64,000 bases of DNA from the human T2T-CHM13v2.0 reference genome, Homo sapiens (GCF_009914755.1 NC_060942.1), one strand, 5' to 3'; shown: positions 39,270 through 56,640, numbered from the stretch's first letter. Notes: a model not told the origin generated them from the letters alone. Made by a program: numbers and translations.

Positions 39270-40392
39270 TATAGTTTGCAGTCTCCTTCTGGAATTGCTG
39301 TTGTCCACTGGCTTTGGCAACATCACACTCTGACAGTTTTCCTTCTGCATATGAGGATTCTTTTGTAATCTCCTTTGCCAGCATTTCCTCCTCTAGTCAA
39401 CCTGAAATTTCAGGCAACATCCTCAAGGTTTGCTCCTGGGCCATTCATTTCCACGGCTTCATTTACCAACTGCATGCTACAGATGCTCACAGTCTACAGC
39501 CCAGGCATTCTTGAAGTTCCAGACCAATGTATCCACCTTTCCACTTGATGTCTCTGTAGTTATTTCTTAAAGTCATTTCAAAGTCAACATGTTCAGACTG
39601 AACCTATCGTCTTGTCCCCCTAGCCTTCTTCTCCCGTAGAGCAGCTCATCTCCGTGACTGCATTACCCTCCATCCAGGAGCCTGGATCCTTGACATCATT
39701 TCTCGCTGGATCCTTCACATCACCTCTCCCTCATTTCATGCCACCCTATCAATCGGTCCTCAATTTTTCAAATATTTCTTTTACCTACCAACTTATCTTC
39801 ATCACTACTATGACTGGCCTAATCCAAAGCCATCTTCCTTCTTGAAGAATTGCGATAGCCATTCTTCACTCTTCCTAATCTATTTTCCATCTTGCAACCA
39901 GAGCAATCTTTTCAAATCACAGATACAATCATATCACTTCTCTCTTAGCACATTTCAATGGCTTCTCATTGCTGTTAGGATGAAAACTCGAATTTTTACC
40001 CTGGCCTACATGATTTATGATTGGACTTGATTTTTCTCCTCATTCAGGATTCTGCATCCATGCTGGCCTTCTCCTATTCCTTGAACCTGCCAGTTCTTTC
40101 CTACATCAGGGCATTTGCATGCTGGCAAGAACATTCCACTGTGTCCCCTTGGATAACTTCTTATTATCTTTCACATCTTGGCTTATATTTCACTTCCTCA
40201 TGCTAACTTCTGAGAGGAGGTTACGTCCTCATTTTATATAGCACCTACCTCAATTACAAAGTAAATAATTATTTGTTTAATGTCTATCTCTCTTATTAGA
40301 CCATAAGCTACAGGCATGAGTCTAGTTCACCACTGTGTCACCAGTATCTAGCCCAACACATAGTTAGTGCTCAGTGTTTGTGGAACAGGTGA
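39270..40392 (+). mobile_element. L2 LINE 3' region (further L2 pieces at about 37480-39130)
   Basis: ccacttgatgtctctg...ttcaatggcttctcattgctgttagga...ccagtatctagcccaacacatagttagtgctcagtgtttgtgg. Confidence 0.75.
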
Positions 40393-40744
40393 GTGTTCCA
40401 CAGTTCTTCCTTTGAGAGACACTCATAGTCCAGAAAAGCAGCTTATATATAAACAGCAAATTTGAATTACAGTGAAATTAGGTTGCATGGAAATACTGAC
40501 TGAGTTTAGGTCCCAATGTGTCATGATATTAAAACAAATATTTAAGCCTCAAATATATTTTCATTACATTTACTGAAAGTATGTCTTAAGCACATCTTAT
40601 GTTCTTATGACTTTGTGAAACACATTGAAGCATAAATAAAGAAAAATAGAGCTACCCTATTCAAAGCCAGCTTTGGAAACAGCTTTTTTTAAAAAAACAA
40701 CTTTTAAACGAATCAGAGGAAGTGATGTTTGAAAACTGTAAACA

Positions 40745-41002
40745 GGATAGGCATGGTGGCCCACGCATGTAATCCCAGAACTTTGGGAGTTTGAGGTGGG
40801 AGGATCGCTTGAGGTCAGGAATTTGAAACCTGCCTGGGTAACATAGACCTTATTTCTACAAAAAAATAATCTTAAAAGTTATTTGGGCATGGTGGCATGT
40901 ACCGATAGTCCTAGCTACTCTGAAGGCTAAAATGGGAGGATCTCTTGAGCCCAGGAGTTCAACCAGTCTGGGAGACAGTGAGACTGTATCTCAAAAAAAA
41001 AA
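40745..41002 (+). mobile_element. AluJ with a shortened right arm, 13-bp TSD
   Basis: TSD aaaa(c/t)tgtaaaca at 40732-40744 and 40999-41011. The right arm reads gagttcaaccagtctggg. Confidence 0.88.
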
Positions 41003-42021
41003 TTGTAAACAAATCCTTCATTAAGAAATATGCTTGTGTCATTCAGTAAATAAAAGGATCTACCAGAAAAGAAACATATAGTATATAAACAGTTTTCTCT
41101 AAACTGCATCTCACAATACATTATGCAAGCTATCATTACAAAGGTCTGTAATATTAAACCCACAAATTAAAAAAACAAAAAATACTCTCCATCAGCTAAC
41201 CCAGATGTAACTCTGTGTGGACAACATCCTACACACAGAGTGATCTTTCAATGAATGCTACTTAATATTGTTTTCAGTACTATTTTAATGTACTTTATTA
41301 AATTAAGGTTTAAACTGATGTTTTTAATATTTATCAATGCATATTTATCTCCATATCCCTGATAGGTACCATCATTCTCTCCCAGGTAGAGCTGGAAGGA
41401 AAGGCATGACCTCAACTATGGGAGAAGAGCCATTGCATTAAGAACTGCAGCAAAAGACATAACAAAGAAAGAGTCAAGAAAAACAGGAAATAAAAATGCA
41501 TGGGACCTAGCAATTTCCTCATTAAATTTTGTATGATGAAGTATAATAGGTTGAATCAATGGCAAATGAGACAAGAAGCCATCCACTAGGGAAAAGAAAC
41601 CTGCAAATTCTGCAACAGTTCACATTATTACTCTAAGATAAAGGAAACCTACCATCAAACGAATGTTTTTGTTCAGAAAATAATCGTATTTTTGCCAAGA
41701 ATAGCTTACTATAATTTGGATATTTAGACAATTAGGTCTCAAGAAGAAATGTCCTCAGCTCTAAATCACTTTTTCAGAAAGAGCATCTCTGACCATATGA
41801 CCCATTCTTGTCTTATTTTTACCACTTTTCCTGAAATTAGTTTTGTAGTTTATCTGCTTCTATCACCTGTCTCCCTTCACTAGAGTGAGGACATTTACCT
41901 TATCTAACTTGTCTACCACTGTATCCCCAGCACCTATTATCTGCCAGAACAGCGACTGGCAGATAATAGATACTCAACAAGTATGTTTTATGAGTGGGAA
42001 AATGATAATAAAGACAGCAAC

Positions 42022-42399
<378 letters not shown>

Positions 42400-42649
42400 T
42401 CAGAGCTCAGCTTGTCTGAAATCCCTCTCTGATCTTCTGTTTCTAAATACCATGAGCTACTTGCTATATCAAGCAGCATGAATAACTCCTAGTTCATTGC
42501 AAGTCTTCTAAGAAATCTTTTACTCAGGCAGGAGTAAATCTAATGGCAAGGTTCTTTAGGAAAGGACAAAAAGGAAAGAAAATATGCTTGTAAACTAAGA
42601 ATTATCTGAATAATGAATAATGCTTTACCCTAACATGATACTATTGTAA

Positions 42650-43150
42650 GATGTCCTCATGGGATTCCCCATTCACATACAATGCATGGTTACTACACAC
42701 AGCCCTCTTTCCTTGCCAACCAAACTCTGATTTTGCTCAGGGCAACAATGTGCCCAGCTACACACACCCTCATTCCCAGCCTCTCTTAAATCTGGTCATG
42801 GTCACTTGAAACTGTCCTGGATAACAGGACCGAAGGGAAAGGCACCGTAAAGACAAATGCTTTTCTTTCCTGTTAAAAGGGCGAAGATGAGACTGGTGCT
42901 GCTTTGCTCATTTCCCCCATCTTTGGACTCCCTGGAATGCAGATGTAAACACTCATGAGATGATAAGCACAGAGACAAATGCAAAGGTGTTGAGGGAAGA
43001 AGAGAAAAAAGGAAGAAAGAGCCTGGGCCCACAACACTGCCATCCTTGGACCTGTTACACCAGTGATCTGTCATGCAAGAATGATATCCCTCTCTTTGAT
43101 TAAACTCTATGGTTTAATTTTTGTGTTACTTGCTGATAAAAATTTCTAGG
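42650..43150. mobile_element. Old MaLR LTR (MLT1-like)
   Basis: ctgattttgctcagggcaacaatgtgcccagcta...cattcccagcctctc...ccctggaatgcagatgt...gagcctgggccc. Confidence 0.55.
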
Positions 43151-43859
43151 ATAAAACAGCAATTTTATTTTGATTTTTCTTTTGTGAAATCAAGCAATTG
43201 TCCTTAAAAGAAAACACTCAAGTTGCGTATGTATTTCAGACATATTGTCATGTAAAGATGATGTAAAAGATCAAGGCAAAAATCGAGAAATAAAAGAGAT
43301 TGTACTTATCTCTAGAAAATGAAAAAGGGAACTGTCTTTTCTTATTCCAAAATGGCCCAAATTGGTGACTCTGGGTGATGTAAATGAAAATGCTTATTAT
43401 TATACCTAAAATGGGTTACAGACTGAGAACATCCTCCTCCTTCTAAGAATGTACTCTCTTCTCAGAACTGTAATTTTATTTGGTATACAGACGCCCATAG
43501 CACAGTGATAATGCTGACCCTGAAGCAAATTAAGATGGTCTACTCATTTAAATATGTAGATGAGTTATGGATTGATGTTGGCCAGCATCAAAAAAAAAGA
43601 AGAAGAAGAATCAGGAGCATTCCTATCTTTATTTCAATACTAATTACTCACTGCTGAAACAGTACTCGATTCAACCTGATTCATTTAGCAAGTTTTTTTT
43701 TTTTTTGTAATAGAGAAATGACATTAGCATTGGGTGATAATATCCACTAGAAGATGTACAAACACTGCTTCTTTGAAAAGGGAAATAGATTTAAATGTCA
43801 CAGATAACAGTCAAGATTTTATTTTTTCTTATTTTTAACATAAAATTAATTACTGAGGG

Positions 43860-45150
43860 TTATCCATTCAATTAAAGGGATACTGCAGGTTTATTAGACG
43901 CTGCTGTTCCCTTTGCTAGGGATATGGCGGCAAACCAGAGAAAGGCCCTGCCCCGGGAGCTTACCTTCTGGTGCCAAAGATGGAATAAGCCATCAGGTAA
44001 GAAGCATGACAGCAAGTCAGAGTGATGATGTTAGGCAGATACATGAAGTGGGGTAAGGAAGAGACAGTGAGTGGGGGACGTGGGGAGATTTTTAAGACGG
44101 GGAGGCAGAGAAGGAGTGCTGATATTTGAGCAGAATCCTACTTGAAGTGAGAGCACGGGACACGCTGGGACAACAGCCAGAAGGCCTGGGTGAGGGGAAG
44201 GGTGGCGGGAGATGAGACGGCGTGGGCCAAAGAGTCTCTTGTTTATTCTGGGTTGGCTGGGAGACACTGGCAAGCACTGCGTGGAGAGGGGATCGGTGAG
44301 AACACACCTACCTCGCTGCTCGGGACCTGCTGTGCGCTCTGCATCGTGGCTGCGACTGGAGTCAGCCCTTCAGAGCCCACACAGGCAGCATCCACACCGC
44401 TATTTACAGCTGGGGCTAGGTGAGCCCCATGGCGAGTTCGTGTCCATGAAGAAGAGAAGTCTGAGGACTGAACTCTGGGAACACCGAGATGTAGAGAGCA
44501 GAAAGAAAGAGTGAGCGAGGCGGCTGAGAGCGAGGAACTCAGCGAGTAGAGGAAGCGCTACGAGGAAGCTGCGGAGAAGGCGCTCAGTCCATGCAACGGT
44601 TGAACCTGCACCTGGCCGCTGGGTTTCGCAAAGTGCCAGGCTGCCAGGCCTGCGGCAAGAATGCTTTCAGTGAAAAGGTGTGAGCAAGCCTGATGGAGGT
44701 TCACGGGAAAGTGGAAGAGGAAAAAGGGAGAAGCTATAGTTTAAACAACTTATTAAGAAGTTTTTATATAAAAGGTTGTATAAAGTGGTTATAAAAAAGT
44801 GGATTTATGCCCCAAATGGTATTTCTATTATTGTTTTTGTTTGAGTGATGATGAGAATATTTCAGTACAGGGAAAATTTGATAATGTAGGGAGGGGTTTA
44901 AATGTGGGAAAAAGTCATTGAGTGAGGACGGGGTGATAGGCCAGTATCCCAGTGAGGATGAGCAGTGGGGCGATCAGGGACTGTCAGTAGTCCCAGTCCT
45001 GGCGAAGGCAAAACCTATGTGTGCAGATGATGGGGCGCTAGTGGGCTCGATGGCAGAAGGAAGACAAATTTCTCCACTGACAGCTTTTATGTTCTCGGTG
45101 AAACAGGCAGTAAGCTCGACAGCTGAGCTTGAGAATGCAGCAGTGGAGCA
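43860..45150 (-). mobile_element. L2 LINE relic, locally CpG-rich
   Basis: gatatttgagcagaatcctacttgaagtgag; gaagagaagtctgaggactgaactctgggaacacc; ctttcagtgaaaaggtgtgagcaagcctga. Confidence 0.55.
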
Positions 45151-46531
45151 AGGTATGAAATGTGAACTAAAAATCAATAAAGCAAACTGTTCAATTATGC
45201 ACTCTTTCCCATTTCAAATAATTAAGATTTTACTATCTTTACTTTGGACTGGAAATGTTTAGGTTAGTATCTTGGTTTTTTCCCTGCCACCCCACAGGAA
45301 ATTTGTATTATAGTTTGCTAAGAAGATTTAATGAAATAATTACCCTTGAACATTGGAGAATGCAAATAATAAGCATTATCTTTCAAACTAAAATTATAGG
45401 TTAATCATACCTATTCTCCTCCTCCTAATGAAATTAGGGAAAATAAATATCCATTGTGCTATAATAATTAGTGTCTCAAATAGAAGAAGAAAATAATATA
45501 ACCAAACACCATGTTTGCTTGTACCTGGGTTTCAGGACATCATATTTCATAATACATAAATAAAATAGAACAACAATTTTGTGAAATGAAAATGCAAAAA
45601 AAAGAATTTTAAAAGGTTCCTAAAAATGTCAATTTTATACTTACTTGACAATCTAGAAAAATCTTTAAAGTACCACGATGGCAATATTAGTAGAGAAAGG
45701 CAATCTAACCATCTGCCTGACATAGGGATATGTTTAGAAATGTGGTAAATTCCTGAAAGAGATGAATCGATATAATAATAATACTTATCTTCCACTCAGA
45801 AACAATCACACAGTAAGAAAAGAATGCAGACTCCAAAAGTCTCTTTCACAGATCTGACATAGCTTCAGAGCAGTTAAGGCAAAAATATCATGTGGTACTG
45901 GCCTTTGCTTATTATTTTGAAATGAGACAGAAGACCACTTCCTTAATAAAGAACTGGCAAATATTTTCTTAACAAAATATAGTAAAATGCATTTATCATA
46001 TGTTCAGCTTTAATTAAGAGTTAATAAGATAATGGGTAATTGGCTAATTAAATGAGGATCCCAGAAAAGGATGACCTCATATTTAAATATGAGTACAGTA
46101 TCAGGGAGATCAGAGGTTTGATGGAAAATGGAATGATTTGACCTGTAGACTCCAGTCGAAGCATCTGAGATCTGGTGTGTATTGGTATGAGCCATTGTAA
46201 GGATTAGGAACAAGAAAGTGAAGAAGTTACACATATAGTTTTACTGATATATGGATAAAATGACAATAAAGAAGAGAAAATTGTAGATTCAATTTTAGAT
46301 ATCTCCCCATTCAAAAATGTCACATTAGTATTTTAAAGTATTTATACCACAACCACTTAAATACAACAAAACTAAGCTCTTTTTATATTACAGAATAGGC
46401 CTTTGTAAAATGTTGGATTGTTTTATTACTCAGTTTTTAACCTTTCAAAAATCAGGAGAATGACCTTTTTGTTGATCTACAGAAGGGATAAAATTGTGAG
46501 AGGTCCACATAGACAATGTAGAAGCATAAGA

Positions 46532-46836
46532 TTTTGTTTTTTCTTTTTATGAGACTTGTTGGCTGGTATCACCCAGGCTGGACTGCGGTGCTGCTATCAC
46601 GGTTCACTGCAGCATCAACTTCCTGGGCTCAAATGATCCTTCTGCCTCAGCCTGCTGGGTAGCTGGGACCACAGTTGCACACCACCATGCCCAGCTAATT
46701 TTTCTATGTTTATTTTGTAGTGAGGGGGGTCATGCTATGTTGCCTAGGACAGTCTTGACCTCCTGGGCTCAAGTGATTCTCCCACTTCAGCTTCCAAGAG
46801 TGCTGGGATTACAGGCATGAGCTACCATGCCCAACC
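46532..46836 (-). mobile_element. AluJ
   Basis: ttcctgggctcaaatgatcc; ctcctgggctcaagtgattctccc. Confidence 0.9.
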
Positions 46837-47152
46837 ATAAAGCACAGAATTTTAAGAATAGAAAAAATGTTAAGAGTTATTGGCATACACAAAAAAATGT
46901 TTTACATATAAATAAACTGTATTAAGCCTACCCTTAACTAACATTAGACTTACTGTGAGGAACTAAAGAGTTAAATGGCACCTAAGGGTTTTTAATGTGA
47001 ATACTATTTCACTAGATAGCCCTGTTCCATTTTTTTCATTATTTTTAAGAAATAAATAAGACAGTGATTAAAATATATTTATCTTTTAAACTTTACCCTT
47101 ATGAAAATTGTCTCTCAAAGAAATTATAAAGAAATAAGAGGAGTTTTTAAAA

Positions 47153-47804
47153 ATTTTTTTATTATTATTATACTTTAAGTTTTAGGGTACATGTGCACAA
47201 CATGCAGGCTTGTTACATATGTATACACGTGCCATGTTGGTGTGCCGCACCTATCAACTCGTCATTTAGCATTAGGTATATCTCCCAATGCTATCCCTCC
47301 CCCCTCCCCCCACCCCACAACAGTCCCCAGTGTGTGATGTTCCCCTTCCTGTGTCCATGTGTTTTCATTGTTCAATTCCCACCTATGAGTGAGAACATAT
47401 GGTGTTTGGTTTTTTGTCCTTGCGATAGTTTGCTGAGAATGATGGTTTCCAGTTTCATACATGTCCCTACAAAGGACATGAACTCATCATTTTTTATGGC
47501 TGCATAGTATTCCATGGTGTATATGTGCCACATTTTCTTAATCCAGTCTATCATTGTTGGACATTTGGGTTGGTTCCAAGTCTTTGCTATTGTGAATAGT
47601 GCCGCAATAAACATACGTGTGCATGTGTCTTTATAGCAGCATGATTTATAATCCTTTGGGTATATACCCAGTAATGGGATGACTGGGTCAAATGGTATTT
47701 CTAGTTCTAGATCCCTGAGGAATCGCCACACTGACTTCCACAATGGTTGAACTAGTTTACGGACCCACCAACAGTGCAAAAATGTTCCTATTTCTCCACA
47801 TCCT
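47153..47804 (-). mobile_element. 5'-truncated L1PA (PA3-5-like) 3' end with 12-bp TSD
   Basis: ttatactttaagttttagggtacatgtgcaca... and the ORF2 C-terminus (ORF 47372-47779, ...QPLWKSVWRFLRDLELEIPFDP...). TSD agga(g/c)tttttaa at 47139-47150 and 47806-47817. Confidence 0.95.
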
Positions 47805-49469
47805 AAGGACTTTTTAACTTTATTTTGCCCTAAACCTCCTTTAGCCTTTTATGAGAAATCAGCCTTTAAGAAAACCCACCTAATTTGGTACTTGGTTTAT
47901 GTAATTGAATTATTCCCATTTTACTCAAGTGAAAATGCTGCAAAACCATCCCCCTTCTCTCTTTCTCTCTCTCATTCATTCACTCATTCTCTCTCTCTCC
48001 CCATTCCTCCACATTGCCTTAAGCAAATTGACACTAAACTGGGATGATAACGTGTATACTCCTAAGTCCTAGGATTGTACTTATTCATGTAAGGGGAGAT
48101 AAGAGACAGGTCAAAAGCTATAAGCATATCCAGGTAGCTTATGAATTGGTTTTGAGCATCCCCAGCTCTTGAACTGTTTTTCCTCTCTTTTACTAAAAGA
48201 GAAATTTAGTACATCTAGTTTCATTGATGGTGTCACATACAATTTTCGGACTAAAAATGTCAAGCTGGTTAGTTGCTGATAGAAATGTCATATATGTTCT
48301 CATAACCAAATATGTATAAATATGAAAGTTACCCATAAGATTGAAACATACTCCCAAGTGGAGTGACTATATCATTTTTCCAATAACCTGAAAAGTACAT
48401 CTAAAGCGGGAACTATGGTGTCCATAATCCCTTCTCAAACTAGCCTAACAGGGCCACATTAAAAGTTCTCATGACCAGTAAGCTGCTTTTGGGCATTCTT
48501 AACAGAAAATGTTATGAGTTGTTTGAGAATACACACACACACACACACACACGCACATACACACACACAATTACACAATGTATAATTCTAATTACATTTC
48601 TCTCCATGGCTTCTTCCTGAAATCTAACTCTACAATTAATGACATTTCATTATTGACATTCAGAAACTTGGCAGAACTGCCAAGTTTCTAAATGGAAGGA
48701 AAATTCTCCACCTGATGTCTGTAACAGATGCTTCGATAACGTAAAAGGAGCAAATTGCCTTCCCTCCAACTCCCCTGTACTAGTTGATTCACTGGTGGCT
48801 TTGAATTTGTCCAGACTGTAGAACTGAGAGAGAACAAGCCCTAACTGAGTCTCAGTGTTAGTGCTGCCCCAAGGGAGCTTCTTGCAAGGAGATGTAAGAA
48901 ACCAGACTTCCTACCTTCTGCCTGGTCAAATCAGCAAATAAAAATGTTCGCTGGCACCTTGGGTATAAAGGCACTCCATTCAGAGAAGGAGAGAAAGCTC
49001 CCATGATACAGTCTAACCATTCAAATTCTAACTTTCCAATGCCTTAGTGAGTGTCTCAGTGCCAGGGACCGCACGGAGTGCCATCCCAGTACAGACTACA
49101 GCAGCGCCAGGCTCCACAAGGTCAGAGGCCACAGACACAGCAGGACCAGGAGAGCCTGGGAGTCTACTAGAAGAAAACGGATCCCCTTACTGGCATACAA
49201 AACTGGAAGGGACTTAAAGATTGAAGCTTCCAGATCCCACAAAATCAGAATTCCAGTGGCAAGCTTGTGAATCATTTATGTGTTCCCCATTCAGGTTGTG
49301 AACCACTGACCCAGTCCACCCACTTATTTTTGTAAATAACAAAATAAAGGTTTATGTGGTCACATAATTTGTGCCAACTCATAAGTCATATTATGGTATT
49401 TGGGACAAAAATTCAAGGTTTGTAACTTGCAGATCTGTACTTTTTTGACTCTGCTATGATACACAATAA

Positions 49470-52345
<2,876 letters not shown>

Positions 52346-55300
52346 TTGCTTTACATAATAATCAAAATTTTTATATGTTTATGTACACCAACTTCTTGTT
52401 GCAACTATTCCTAGCTTTAAAAGATAGCAAGGGTAGTCATGCACATCAAGACAGTCAAATATCTGAAATGAATAGAATGGAGTTCTACCATATGTCCAAA
52501 TTCAAATATATATGAAAAAGGGGGAAAGAAATGTACTCTAGTAGCTACAAGTATAGGTGATCCTACTACAGTACTCAAGAATGGAATCTGGGTATGAGCA
52601 CGAGATAGAAGTCAGAGACTACTACTCTTCTCCTCAGTCTCAATATGTTCCTCCAGTGTGAGCAGTCTTCTGAATGTGCAAACAACCTGGTATTTAAAAG
52701 TGCAGTGTGATTATCGTACAGCATGACCCTCAATTCACACCAATGACTTCACCTAATGCTCAACAACGCCAACTGTACAGTTCAGTGATGGAGGTAATCC
52801 ACTCTGGTGGGCTTACTGAGACACACTTTTCAGTAATTGTGATTAAACATGATTTTTTGCATTACTCGCTGAATTTAGACCCTAATCCTAGAATAAAATG
52901 TGACTCCACTGTGTGAAAGAATTTTCCTTGGCTGTCTGGCATTATATACAATTTGATGAGAGGGATTACATAAAAGATTCCTCTCCTTTTCTAATGACCT
53001 CCATTACAAAATAGGTCCATTGACATGAAAAGAATAACGATGACTTCAAAGAAAATTACGGAAAATGTTCTTGTCAATCTAAAAAATATAAACTGCTCAT
53101 TAAAGTATAAAAACTTCCATAACCATATTTCTTTTACTCTGTTTTATAATTCTTTGGAACAATAAAAGCTTTTAATGTTCAAGAAAAGAGTCAAGTCAAA
53201 TAGCAACAAGGAGAATGTGGATTAGTCAAGGAGAATAATGCCTTGGAGAAGAGGTTTGGTAATGCAGGAGAAAAAGGACTATGTGGTCAGCAGCTGTATC
53301 CTCCTCTACATGGCTTTCAGCTCATTGGTGGTTATAGAAATAACACTACATACAGAAAATTTTTATGAAGCACTGAACGCAAATAAAATTAGGAGTATTC
53401 TAAAGAATGCTATAGAGTGAGTGAGATGTAGCAGAAGACTGCACTGCCAGAAATCTAGAGGGTCACTTCAAACATAGTAGGGCGAGGCTACTGGCTGCTC
53501 AGAGAAGGTCTGACTTTGTATCTGCAACACCTAGGATGAGAAGCTCCCAAATATGCCATCCTGTGAGTGGGCCATAGAAGAAAAGATCTATGGTTCTCAT
53601 GGCTGGATGCACAGGTGCACAGAGCTGTTATCCCAAAGACTTGGGTATAGTATTCTGCCATCCCCTCTAATTATGGTAAACTTATGTGCTGAAGTGAAAC
53701 TTACTGCTTTGCTAAGGAAAACAAATTCCAATTTTTACTCTCTGATTTGAAATGAATACCAAAGCATAAACGAAAAGTAACATAAAAGCCAAAGTCTCTT
53801 ACTTCTTAAATATGATGAAAAATTTTCAGTTCTCTAAGTCTGTCATTTAGCGCTCATTGAATTTTAGGTTTGTGTATATTTGCAACTTCTTGATTCTTGG
53901 TTGCTTAGAATGCAGAGTGAAATGAAAAAAATCATAATCTTTATACAGCTCTCTTTCAGAATGCAAATACATAATGTTTACATTAAAAATACTTGACTCT
54001 ATGTTCATTCCTAGGAGTCATTTAAGGATACCTCTACTTGTAAAATAAAACTATGACGTATTTTTAAATGTTTCTAATACCATGAAAGACAAAAAAAATG
54101 AAAGATTTTCCAAGATGCTAATACCATTAAGCTTGTCCTTAAAGCAACACAGATAGCTGCCCTTGCCCACTTCTCATTCTCCTTGACCCCCAATTTTGAA
54201 AGAATAATTGCTATAAATAAGAAAAAGCATCTTTAAGAGGAGGAATTTTAATCTTTTAACACTAAATACTAGTGCATGAAGTAGCCAAAATAGCCAGACA
54301 TTGACTTCTCTGTGAATATCTTCACTATGGCACTACCACGCCATGAGTGTTCACAGGACTATCTCTCCTTCTGGTGCCTTTATCATCATGGCCATAAGTG
54401 TAGAACTATTTCCCATAGGACTTTGCAAACCCTAGAACAGCAGTTAGTACATTAGAGATACCAAATAAATCTCTATTCAATTACCACAACAACAATGAGA
54501 TGATAAAACTCTTCCTCATGTAATATTTTCAGACAGTCAGTTGATTGCTCAACTGCTCAAGGTTTCCATTAACCAGGTATTGTAGGGTGACGTAGGGCAG
54601 GGATATAGATACATAACAATTGCATCCAGTTCCCTTCCCCTGCCATGGAAGGCATCATTGTCTTCTGAAAGGGTTAAATCTCTCTGAGAAAAAGCTGAAA
54701 AGTCTCTGCGTGAACTCAGGATCTCTACTCAACGTCCATATGCTGACTTGCATAAATCTATAGCCAGATATGAGTCATAAATTGGGATAGGGTGAGAATC
54801 TGGCGAGCCTTACTGTCAAACCACTGAGTTGTTTCATCCATTTTAGAAGGGACGGGCTATTGTACCTATTTTAAAGGTCTGTAAATTCGCACAGAGCTGT
54901 GCTTTATTTAATACAATCTATGATGGTCTGTACATGTGATGACAGAAACTGCTATGCCACACTGCATCGCAACTGTGAACAAAGTCTTCAAGCTAGAATG
55001 AGAAAATAATCTGCAGAATTGTTCTGAGCTAGCCACTAGGCATCCAACAACTAAGTTATAGAATCAAGTAAATGGATTCTGCCCTCACACCTCCAGAAGG
55101 TAGAGACGCAGGATAAGCACTTCAACAAGGAACATTTAAAACAGACAATATCATTATGACTGTAAGTACATTTTGAAATGTATTATTTTTTTCTCGATAA
55201 GTCTATCATGTAGATCTGTAATTAGGGACTTTGAAAATAGCTACCTTTTTAAAAAACACAATATGCTGTAATTGTCTATTAAGTCAATGAGTACTTAGGG

Positions 55301-56269
55301 ACTCTTAAAACTGCTGATTACTTGCTTGCTGTAATTTGGAAGAACAAGTACTAAAGATTCCTTGTGAAATTCTCTTTAAAACAGAATGAAATTGAAAATG
55401 TGCTATTACCTGGTTAGGCTAACAATATTTTTTCCTCGGAATGACATCCATCCATCATCATATTAATTGCTTCACATCTGGCCAAAAAATTGCATTAACT
55501 TTTATTTTATAATCTAAGTGAATTTCCATCTCTGAATAAAATTTTTCTAATTCCACAGAGTTTCAATGCTCATAAAAGATGGCATTATTAATCATTCATT
55601 GCTTAGTGTAGATTAAGAATTTTATCTCACTCATCAGGATAAACAATGTACCAGCCATATGGTGTATTTACAAGTCATTCTGTTGTATTTATATACGTGC
55701 AGTATATTAAATGAAATTGGATAAAAATGAACTATACCTTTTATCAAGTTATGTGCTATTATGCCTGTTTATGTTTAACTGTTAAATAAATTAGCAATGT
55801 TCTCAAAGTCATTAATATAAATTACAAAGGATATATATATTTTAGTTTGTATTATTACTCTATTAATATACACTTTAACTTCATAATGATAATTTAATTT
55901 ACTTTGTAATCAAGCATTATAATTACTTCCAAATAAAAATCAAACAGAAGCTAAAGAAAGAACAATGACACAATTATTTAGACATGGAAGCTAGCTAAGA
56001 AATCTCATTTTTCTGCCTATCAACTTCCTATTTAGGAAAGTTTCCTTGGTCACTTAGGGAGGGTTATTCTTGGCCTGTGTCTCTCCTACTAGGCTTGACT
56101 AGACCAATTCCATAGCTACTACTCAAGAACTCACTCACTCCATTAAGGTGGCAGGCGAGAGCCCAAGGTGGCCTCTACAGATGCATGTTGGTTTTGCATT
56201 ACGTGACTAACCAACACATTATAGAGAGAAGAATATATAGACAAATGTTTTTTGGAAGTCAGACCATGG

Positions 56270-56640
56270 AAAAACACTAAGAGATACCACCGTCCTTCCA
56301 TTCATGAAGCTTATGGTTTCATAAGAACTAATGACAACTGAGATGATTACATATTGTATTTTGCACTGCGGAGATAAGGAAGTGGTCAAATGAAAAATAA
56401 TAGTGATTGCTATTCTTTAGATAATATGGCCCATGGAGGCCTTTCTAAGAAGGGACCATTCAAGATGTATTCTAAAGGGTGAGAAAGAGCCATCTGGTAG
56501 AAGAGCAGATAGACCATTCTGAACAGAGAAGACAGCATATATATACAAAGGCCTTAGGGTGGAAAGAGTTTGTGTTCACCAATTGAGAGAAAGGAATAAG
56601 CGTAGTGAATGAGAGGCTTAAGGAAGACAAGGAGGCAAGA
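56270..56640 (-). mobile_element. L2 fragment
   Basis: ggaggcctttctaagaagggaccattcaag...gagcagatagaccattctgaacagagaagacagc...aaaggccttagggtgg. Confidence 0.55.
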
